30,860 bases of DNA from contig NEEC01000268.1 in the NCBI GenBank assembly GCA_002189035.1, forward strand, positions 1-30,860, read 5' to 3'. The stretch's first letter is position 1; every line of letters begins with the position of its first letter. Positions 1 through 9,600 of this stretch are shown here, one piece after another. The DNA is from Utricularia gibba (lineage: Eukaryota > Plantae > Magnoliophyta). A program made the translations under genes and the position numbers. Under the pieces are notes generated by a model. That model saw only the letters and a list, made by a program, of their open reading frames with translations, was not told the origin of the DNA and did no database searches.

Positions 1-75
1 CGTTCGGTCCGGCTCATGAGTCCAATCCGGTGCGAGTCGACGAAAATAATGATGCATTTGTTTAAAGTAAGATGT

Positions 76-139
76 CACGTGCACCCCACATGATTTTTTC
101 AACAACTTACTTTATACTTGAGGAGGCGGTCTTGGGGGG
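76..139 (+). other. Near-invariant ~64-bp core of each monomer (CACGTGCACCCCACATGATTTTTTCAACAACTTACTTTATACTTGAGGAGGCGGTCTTGGGG); first copy shown
   Basis: Recognisable in essentially all 102 units, including the truncated ones. Differences are mostly homopolymer length. No function is demonstrated. Confidence 0.8.
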
Positions 140-200
140 CACCTGAACGGGACAATGGTCAGGTTGGCTTGGGCGAAAGTTAGTTGTAGCCTGGCAAAAG

Positions 201-352
201 TGATGCATTTATTAACGTTCGGTTTTCAGGGGCTGCCTACATGGTTTTTCAAGGAACAGCTTCTCGTTTTGTGGCGACTACTCTCGCTAGGACTTGGTCG
301 GGCCCCGTTCAGTCCGGCTCATGAGTCCAACGGTGCGAGTCGACGAAAATAA
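201..352 (+). repeat. Sub-monomer A (~152 bp, ~52% GC, CpG-rich)
   Basis: Begins TGATGCATTT and aligns colinearly with sub-monomer B at several anchor motifs (ACATG.TTTTT.CAA, GGGCAC.TGG, GTC.GG.T, TG.GCC). Confidence 0.85.
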
Positions 353-507
353 TGATGCGTTTGTTTAAAGTAAGATGTCACGTGCACCCCACATGATTTT
401 TTCAACAACTTACTTTATACTTGAGGAGGCGGTCTTGGGGGGCACCTGAACGGGACAATGGTCAGGTTGGTTTGGGCCGAAAGTTAGTTGTAGCCTGGCA
501 ACTAAAG
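353..507 (+). repeat. Sub-monomer B (~155 bp, ~46% GC), carrying the near-invariant core and the G-rich tract
   Basis: Begins TGATGC(A/G)TTT, 152 bp after the A start, and is homologous to A by manual alignment. Confidence 0.85.
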
Positions 508-619
508 TGATGCATTTATTAACGTTCGGTTTTCGGGCTGCCTACAAGGTTTTTCAAGGAACAGCTTCTCGTTTTGTGGGGACTTTAACTGGGCACTTGG
601 TCAAGCCCCCGTTTGGTCC

Positions 620-631
620 GGCTCATGAGCC
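620..631. other. 12-bp perfect palindrome GGCTCATGAGCC (one per monomer; reduced to CTCATGAG in GAGTCC variants); example copy
   Basis: It is its own reverse complement, seen directly in the sequence. Confidence 0.9.
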
Positions 632-3600
632 AACCGGTGCGAGTCGACGAAAATAATGATGCATTTGTTTAAAGTAAGATGTCACGTGCACCCCACATGA
701 TTTTTTCAACAACTTACTTTATACTTGAGGAGGCGGTCTTGGGGGGCACCTGGAACGGGACAATGGTCAGGTTGGTTGGGCCGAAAGTTAGTTGTAGCCT
801 GGCAACTAAAGTGATGCATTTATTAACGTTCGGTTTTCAGGGGCTGCCTACATGGTTTTTCAAGGAACAGCTTCTCGTTTTGTGTCGGCCACTCTCCTGG
901 GCACTTGGTCGGGCCTCCGTTCAGTCCGGCTCATGAGCCAACCGGGTGCGAGTCGACGAAAATAATGATGCATTTGTTTAAAGTAAGATGTCACGTGCAC
1001 CCCACATGATTTTTTCAACAACTTACTTTATACTTGAGGAGGCGGTCTTGGGGGTACCTGAACGGGACAATGGTCAGGTTTGGTTGGGCGAAAGTTAGTT
1101 GTAGCCTGGCAAATAAAGTGATGCATTTATTAACGTTCGGTTTTCGGGGCTGCCTACAAGGTTTTTAAAGGAACAGCTTCTCGTTTTGTGGCGACTACTC
1201 TCGCTGGGCACTTGGTCGGGCCGCGTTCAGTCCGGCTCATGAGCCCAACCGGTGCGAGTCGACGAAAATAATGATGCATTTGTTTAAAAGTAAGATGTCA
1301 CGTGCACCCCACATGATTTTTTCAACAACTTACTTTATACTTGAGGAGCGGTCTTGGGGGGCACCTGGAACGGGACAATGGTCAGGTTGGGTTTGGCCGA
1401 AAGTTAGTTGTAGCCTGGCAAAAAAGTGATGCATTTATTAACGTTCGGTTTTTAGGGGCTGCCTACATGGTTTTTAAAGGAACAGCTTCTCGTTTTGTGG
1501 CGACCTCTCGCTGGCACTTGGTCGGGCCCCCGTTTGTCCGGCTCATGAGTCCAACCGGTGCGAGTCGACGAAAATAATGATGCATTTGTTTAAAGTAAGA
1601 TGTCACGTGCACCCCACATGATTTTTTCAACAACTTACTTTATACTTGAGGAGGCGGTCTTGGGGGCACCTGGAACGGGACAATGGTCAGGTTGGTTGGG
1701 CGAAAGTTAGTTGTAGCCTGGCAAATAAAGTGATGCATTTATTAACGTTCGGTTTTCAGGGGCTGCCTACATGGTTTTTCAAGGAACAGCTTCTCGTTTT
1801 GTGGCGACTACTCTCGCTGGGCACTTGGTCGGGCCCCGTTCAGTCCGCTCATGAGTCCAACCGGTGCGAGTCGACGAAAATAATGATGCGTTTGTTTAAA
1901 GTAAGATGTCACGTGCACCCCACATGATTTTTTCAACAACTTACTTTATACTTGAGGAGGCGGTCTTGGGGGGCACCTGAAACGGGACAATGGTCAGGTT
2001 GGGCTTGGGACGAAAGTTAGTTGTAGCCTTGCAATAAAGTGATGCATTTATTAACGTTCGGTTTTCGGGGCTGCCTACAAGGTTTTTCAAGGAACAGCTT
2101 CTCGTTTTGTGTCGGCGGCACTTGGTCAAGCCTCCGTTTGGTCCGGCTCATGAGCCAACCGGTGCGAGTCGACGAAAATAATGATGCATTTGTTTAAAGT
2201 AAGATGTCACGTGCACCCCACATGATTTTTCAACAACTTACTTTATACTTGAGGAGGCGGTCTTGGGGGGCACCTGAACGGGACAATGGTCAGGTTGGGT
2301 TGGGCCGAAAGTTAGTTGTAGCCTGGCAACTAAAGTGATGCATTTATTAACGTTCGGTTTTCAGGGGCTGCCTACATGGTTTTTCAAGGAACAGCTTTCT
2401 CGTTTTGTGTCGGCCACTCTCGCTGGGCACTTGGTCGGGCCCCGTTCGGTCCGGCTCATGAGCCCAACCGGTGCGAGTCGACGAAAATAATGATGCGTTT
2501 TTTAAAAGTAAGATGTCACGTGCACCCCACATGATTTTTTCAACAACTTACTTTATACTTGAGGAGGCGGTCTTGGGGGGCCTGGAACGGGACAATGGTC
2601 AGGTTGGGTTTGGGCGAAAGTTAGTTGTAGCCTTGCAAATAAAGTGATGCATTTATTAACGTTCGGTTTTCAGGGGCTGCCTACATGGTTTTTCAAGGAA
2701 CAGCTTCTCGTTTTGTGGCGACTACTCTCGGGCACTTGGTCGGGCCCCGTTTGTCCGGCTCATGAGTCCAACCGGTGCGAGTCGACGAAAATAATGATGC
2801 ATTTGTTTAAAGTAAGATGTCACGTGCACCCCACATGATTTTTTCAACAACTTACTTTATACTTGAGGAGGCGGTCTTGGGGGCACCTAGAACGGGACAA
2901 GGTCAGGTTAGGTTTGGCCGAAAGTTAGTTGTAGCCTGGCAACTAAAGTGATGCATTTATTAACGTTCGGTTTTCAGGGGCTGCCTACATGGTTTTTAAA
3001 GGAACAGCTTCTCGTTTTGTGGCGACTACTCTCGCTGGGCACTTGGTCGGCGCCCCGTTCAGTCCGGCTCATGAGCCCAACCGGTGCGAGTCGACGAAAA
3101 TAATGATGCATTTTTAAAGTAAGTGCACCCACATGATTTTTTCAACAACTTACTTTATACTTGAGGAGGCGGTCTTGGGGGCCTGAACGGGACAATGGTC
3201 AGGTTTGGCTTGGGCCGAAAGTTAGTTGTAGCCTGGCAACTAAAGTGATGCATTTATTAACGTTCGGTTTTCAGGGGCTGCCTACATGGTTTTTCAAGGA
3301 ACAGCTTCTCGTTTTGTGGGCGACTACTCTCGCTAGGCACTTGGTCGGGCCCCCGTTCAGTCCGGCTCATGAGTCCAACCGGTGCGAGTCGACGAAAATA
3401 ATGATGCGTTTGTTTAAAGTAAGATGTCACGTGCACCCCACATGATTTTTTCAACAACTTACTTTATACTTGAGGAGGCGGTCTTGGGGGCACCTGAACG
3501 GGACAATGGTCAGGTTGGTTTGGGCCGAAAGTTAGTTGTAGCCTGGCAACTAAAGTGATGCATTTATTAACGTTCGGTTTTCGGGCGCTGCCTACAAGGT

Positions 3601-6600
3601 TTTTCAAGGAACAGCTTCTCGTTTTGTGGCGACTACTCTCGCTGGGCACTTGGTCGGCCCCCCGTTCAGTCCGGCTCATGAGCCAACCGGTGCGAGTCGA
3701 CGAAAATAATGATGCATTTGTTTAAAGTAAGATGTCACGTGCACCCCACATGATTTTTTCAACAACTTACTTTATACTTGAGGAGGCGGTCTTGGGGGCA
3801 CCTGGAACGGGACAATGGTCAGGTTTGGCTTGGGCCGAAAGTTAGTTGTAGCCTGGCAACTAAAGTGATGCATTTATTAACGTTCGGTTTTCGGGGCTGC
3901 CTACAAGGTTTTTCAAGGAACAGCTTCTCGTTTTGTGGCGACTACTCTCGCTGGGCACTTGGTCGCCCCCGTTCAGTCCGGCTCATGAGCCCAACCGGTG
4001 CGAGTCGACGAAAATAATGATGCATTTGTTTAAAGTAAGATGTCACGTGCACCCCACATGATTTTTTCAACAACTTACTTTATACTTGAGGAGGCGGTCT
4101 TGGGGGCACCTGGAACGGGACAATGGTCAGGTTGGTTTGGCCGAAAGTTAGTTGTAGCCTGGCAAAAAAGTGATGCATTTATTAACGTTCGGTTTTCAGG
4201 GGCTGCCTACATGGTTTTTAAAGGAACAGCTTCTCGTTTTGTGGCGACTACTCTCGCTGGCACTTGGTCGGGCCCGTTCAGTCCGGCTCATGAGTCCAAC
4301 CGGTGCGAGTCGACGAAAATAATGATGCATTTGTTTAAAGTAAGATGTCACGTGCACCCACATTTTTTTTTCAACAACTTACTTTATACTTGAGGAGGCG
4401 GTCTTGGGGGGCACCTGAACGGGACAATGGTCAGGTTGGTTTTGGGCCGAAAGTTAGTTGTAGCCTGGCAACTAAAGTGATGCATTTATTAACGTTCGGT
4501 TTTCAGGGGCTGCCTACATGGTTTTTAAAGGAACAGCTTCTCGTTTTGTGGCCACTCTCGCTGGGCACTTGGTCGGCCCGTTCAGTCCGGCTCATGAGTC
4601 CAACCGGTGCGAGTCGACGAAAATAATGATGCATTTGTTTAAAGTAAGATGTCACGTGCACCCACATGATTTTTTCAACAACTTACTTTATACTTGAGGA
4701 GGCGGTCTTGGGGGGCACCTGGAACGGGACAATGGTCAGGTTGGTTGGGCCGAAAGTTAGTTGTAGCCTGGCAACTAAAGTGATGCATTTATTAACGTTC
4801 GGTTTTCAGGGGCTGCCTACATGGTTTTTCAAAGGAACAGCTTCTCGTTTTGTGGCGACTACTCCTGGGCACTTGGTCGGCCTCGTTCGGTCCGGCTCAT
4901 GAGTCCAACCGGTGCGAGTCGACGAAAATAATGATGCATTTGTTTAAAGTAAGATGTCACGTGCACCCCACATGATTTTTTCAACAACTTACTTTATACT
5001 TGAGGAGGCGGTCTTGGGGGCACCTGGAACGGGACAATGGTCAGGTTGGTTTGGGCCGAAAGTTAGTTGTAGCCTGCAACTAAAGTGATGCATTTATTAA
5101 CGTTCGGTTTTCAGGGGCTGCCTACATGGTTTTTCAAGGAACAGCTTCTCGTTTTGTGGCGACTACTCTCGCTGGCACTTGGTCGGGCCCGTTCAGTCCG
5201 GCTCATGAGTCCAACCGGTGCGAGTCGACGAAAATAATGATGCATTTGTTTAAAGTAAGATGTCACGTGCACCCCACATGATTTTTTCAACAACTTACTT
5301 TATACTTGAGGAGGCGGTCTTGGGGGCACCTAAAACGGGACAATGGTCAGGTTGGGCTTTGGGCGAAAGTTAGTTGTAGCCTGGCAACTAAAGTGATGCA
5401 TTTATTAACGTTCGGTTTTCAGGGGCTGCCTACATGGTTTTTCAAGGAACAGCTTCTCGTTTTGTGGCGACTACTTCGCTGGGCACTTGGTCGGCCTCCG
5501 TTGGTCCGGCTCATGAGCCAACCGGGTGCGAGTCGACGAAAATAATGATGCATTTGTTTAAAGTAAGATGTCACGTGCACCCCACATGATTTTTTCAACA
5601 ACTTACTTTATACTTGAGGAGGCGGTCTTGGGGGCACCTGAACGGGACAATGGTCAGGTTGGGCTTGGGCGAAAGTTAGTTGTAGCCTGGCAACTAAAGT
5701 GATGCATTTATTAACGTTCGGTTTTCAGGGGCTGCCTACATGGTTTTTAAAGGAACAGCTTCTCGTTTTGTGGCGACTACTCTCGCTGGCACTTGGTCGG
5801 CCCCCCGTTCGTCCGGCTCATGAGTCCAACCGGTGCGAGTCGACGAAAATAATGATGCATTTGTTTAAAGTAAGATGTCACGTGCACCCCACATGATTTT
5901 TTCAACAACTTACTTTATACTTGAGGAGGCGGTCTTGGGGGACCTGAACGGGACAATGGTCAGGTTGGTTTGGGCCGAAAGTTAGTTGTAGCCTGGCAAC
6001 TAAAGTGATGCATTTATTAACGTTCGGTTTTCAGGGGCTGCCTACAAGGTTTTTCAAGGAACAGCTTCTCGTTTTGTGGCGACTACTCTCGCTGGGCACT
6101 TGGTCGGCCCCCGTTCAGTCCGGCTCATGAGCCAACCGGTGCGAGTCGACGAAAATAATGATGCATTTGTTTAAAGTAAGATGTCACGTGCACCCCACAT
6201 GATTTTTTCAACAACTTACTTTATACTTGAGGAGGCGGTCTTGGGGGGCACCTGGAACGGGACAATGGTCAGGTTGGCTTGGGCCGAAAGTTAGTTGTAG
6301 CCTGCAAATAAAGTGATGCATTTATTAACGTTCGGTTTTCGGGGCTGCCTACAAGGTTTTTAAGGAACAGCTTCTCGTTTTGTGGCGACTACTCTCGCTG
6401 GGCACTTGGTCGGGCCCCCCGTTCAGTCCGGCTCATGAGCCAACCGGTGCGAGTCGACGAAAATAATGATGCATTTTTTAAAGTAAGATGTCACGTGCAC
6501 CCCACATGATTTTTTCAACAACTTACTTTATACTTGAGGAGGCGGTCTTGGGGGGCACCTGGAACGGGACAATGGTCAGGTTGGCTTGGGCGAAAGTTAG

Positions 6601-9600
6601 TTGTAGCCTGGCAACTAAAGTGATGCATTTATTAACGTTCGGTTTTCAGGGGCTGCCTACATGGTTTTTCAAGGAACAGCTTCTCGTTTTGTGGCGACTA
6701 CTCTCGCTGGGCACTTGGTCGGCCCCGTTCGTCCGGCTCATGAGTCCAACCGGTGCGAGTCGACGAAAATAATGATGCATTTGTTTAAAGTAAGATGTCA
6801 CGTGCACCCCCACATGATTTTTTCAACAACTTACTTTATACTTGAGGAGGCGGTCTTGGGGGGCACCTGGAACGGGACAATGGTCAGGTTGGTTGGGAAA
6901 AGTTAGTTGTAGCCTGCAAATAAAGTGATGCATTTATTAACGTTCGGTTTTCGGGGCTGCCTACAAGGTTTTTCAAGGAACAGCTTCTCGTTTTGTGGCG
7001 ACTACTCTCGCTGGGCACTTGGTCGGCCCCCCGTTCGTCCGGCTCATGAGCCAACCGGTGCGAGTCGACGAAAATAATGATGCATTTGTTTAAAGTAAGA
7101 TGTCACGTGCACCCCACATGATTTTTTCAACAACTTACTTTATACTTGAGGAGGCGGTCTTGGGGGCACCTGAACGGGACAATGGTCAGGTTGGCTTGGG
7201 CCGAAAGTTAGTTGTAGCCTGGCAAATAAAGTGATGCATTTATTAACGTTCGGTTTTCGGGGCTGCCTACAAGGTTTTTCAAGGAACAGCTTCTCGTTTT
7301 GTGGCGACTACTCTCGCTGGGCACTTGGTCGGCCCCCCGTTCAGTCCGGCTCATGAGCCAACCGGTGCGAGTCGACGAAAATAATGATGCATTTGTTTAA
7401 AGTAAGATGTCACGTGCACCCACATGATTTTTTCAACAACTTACTTTATACTTGAGGAGGCGGTCTTGGGGGGCACCTGGAACGGGACAATGGTCAGGTT
7501 TGGCTTGGGCGAAAGTTAGTTGTAGCCTGGCAACTAAAGTGATGCATTTATTAACGTTCGGTTTTCAGGGGCTGCCTACATGGTTTTTAAAGGAACAGCT
7601 TCTCGTTTTGTGGCGACTACTCTCGCTGGGCACTTGGTCGCCCCCGTTTGTCCGGCTCATGAGCCAACCGGTGCGAGTCGACGAAAATAATGATGCATTT
7701 TTTAAAAGTAAGATGTCACGTGCACCCCACATGATTTTTTCAAACAACTTACTTTATACTTGAGGAGGCGGTCTTGGGGGCACCTGGAACGGGACAATGG
7801 TCAGGTTGGTTTTGGCCGAAAGTTAGTTGTAGCCTGGCAAAAAAGTGATGCATTTATTAACGTTCGGTTTTCAGGGGCTGCCTACATGGTTTTTAAAGGA
7901 ACAGCTTCTCGTTTTGTGGCGACTACTCTCGCTAGGCACTTGGTCGGGCCCCCCGTTCAGTCCGGCTCATGAGTCCAACCGGCTGCGAGTCGACGAAAAT
8001 AATGATGCGTTTGTTTAAAGTAAGATGTCACGTGCACCCCACATGATTTTTTCAACAACTTACTTTATACTTGAGGAGGCGGTCTTGGGGGGCACCTGAA
8101 CGGGACAATGGTCAGGTTAGGTTTGGGCCGAAAGTTAGTTGTAGCCTGGCAACTAAAGTGATGCATTTATTAACGTTCGGTTTTCAGGGGCTGCCTACAT
8201 GGTTTTTCAAGGAACAGCTTCTCGTTTTGTGGCGACTACTCTCGCTGGGCACTTGGTCGGGCCCCGTTCGGTCCGCTCATGAGTCCAACCGGTGCGAGTC
8301 GACGAAAATAATGATGCATTTGTTTAAAGTAAGATGTCACGTGCACCCCACATGATTTTTTCAACAACTTACTTTATACTTGAGGAGGCGGTCTTGGGGG
8401 CACCTGAACGGGACAATGGGTCAGGTTGGTTTGGGCCGAAAGTTAGTTGTAGCCTGGCAACTAAAGTGATGCATTTATTAACGTTCGGTTTTCGGGGCTG
8501 CCTACATGGTTTTTCAAGGAACAGCTTCTCGTTTTGTGGCGACTACTCTCGCTGGGCACTTGGTCGGCCCCGTTCGGTCCGGCTCATGAGCCAACCGGTG
8601 CGAGTCGACGAAAATAATGATGCATTTGTTTAAAGTAAGATGTCACGTGCACCCCACATGATTTTTTTCAACAACTTACTTTATACTTGAGGAGGCGGTC
8701 TTGGGGGGCACCTGGAACGGGACAATGGTCAGGTTGGCTTGGGCCGAAAGTTAGTTGTAGCCTGCAAATAAAGTGATGCATTTATTAACGTTCGGTTTTC
8801 GGGGGCTGCCTACATGGTTTTTCAAGGAACAGCTTCTCGTTTTGTGGCGACTACTCTCGCTGGGCACTTGGTCGGCCCCCGTTCGGTCCGGCTCATGAGC
8901 CAACCGGTGCGAGTCGACGAAAATAATGATGCATTTGTTTAAAGTAAGATGTCACGTGCACCCCACATGATTTTTTCAACAACTTACTTTATACTTGAGG
9001 AGGCGGTCTTGGGGGGCACCTGGAACGGGACAATGGTCAGGTTGGCTTGGGCCGAAAGTTAGTTGTAGCCTGGCAACTAAAGTGATGCATTTATTAACGT
9101 TCGGTTTTCAGGGGCTGCCTACATGGTTTTTAAAGGAACAGCTTCTCGTTTTGTGGCGACTACTCTCGCTGGGCACTTGGTCGGCCCCGTTCAGTCCGGC
9201 TCATGAGCCCAACCGGTGCGAGTCGACGAAAATAATGATGCAATTTTTAAAAGTAAGATGTCACGTGCACCCCACATGATTTTTTCAACAACTTACTTTA
9301 TACTTGAGGAGGCGGTCTTGGGGGGCACCTGGAACGGGACAATGGTCAGGTTGGGTTTGGGCCGAAAGTTAGTTGTAGCCTGGCAAAAAAGTGATGCATT
9401 TATTAACGTTCGGTTTTTCAGGGGCTGCCTACATGGTTTTTAAAGGAACAGCTTCTCGTTTTGTGGCGACTACTCTCGCTGGCACTTGGTCGGGCCCCGT
9501 TCGTCCGGCTCATGAGTCCAACCGGTGCGAGTCGACGAAAATAATGATGCGTTTGTTTAAAGTAAGATGTCACGTGCACCCACATGATTTTTTCAACACT

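Larger units (their letters stand above)
201..507 (+). repeat. Representative monomer (307 bp), phased at TGATGCATTT
   Basis: Approximate consensus: TGATGCATTTATTAACGTTCGGTTTTCAGGGGCTGCCTACATGGTTTTTCAAGGAACAGCTTCTCGTTTTGTGGCGACTACTCTCGCTGGGCACTTGGTCGGCCCCGTTCAGTCCGGCTCATGAGCCAACCGGTGCGAGTCGACGAAAATAA + TGATGCATTTGTTTAAAGTAAGATGTCACGTGCACCCCACATGATTTTTTCAACAACTTACTTTATACTTGAGGAGGCGGTCTTGGGGGGCACCTGGAACGGGACAATGGTCAGGTTGGTTTGGGCCGAAAGTTAGTTGTAGCCTGGCAACTAAAG. The consensus was read by eye, not computed. Confidence 0.95.

Noticed and set aside
74-139. Budding-yeast point centromere (CDEI match GTCACGTG)
   Set aside because: There is no long >90% AT CDEII or CDEIII downstream, and point centromeres are single-copy rather than tandem arrays.
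217-231. CENP-B box-like GTTCGGTTTTC(A/G)GGG
   Set aside because: The canonical box needs TTCG-N4-A-N2-CGGG. Here the spacing is 2 nt short and the A is missing. No match was found on the reverse strand either.
318-348. Hammerhead-ribozyme-like string CTCATGAGTC...GACGAAA (cf. CUGAUGA-stem II-GAAA), attractive because ~300-bp satellites of newts and schistosomes carry hammerheads
   Set aside because: The invariant catalytic-core G of CUGA is C here. I could not form stem I in either type I or type III topology. The stem II pairing is broken in the common GAGCC(C) allele. CTCATGAG is explained by the palindrome. An Infernal search with hammerhead models would settle it.
742-757. Rolling-circle concatemer of a ~307-nt circle or viroid; GGGGGCACCTGGAACG loosely resembles the pospiviroid upper central conserved region
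   Set aside because: Position-dependent subfamilies and linked multi-SNP higher-order repeats cannot arise from copying one circular template. I see no matching lower CCR strand or rod-like self-complementarity, and the short match is compatible with chance.
3110-3135. Single monomer lacking ATGTCACG, which removes the CACGTG box
   Set aside because: It is a singleton in error-prone sequence and cannot be distinguished from a read or consensus error.
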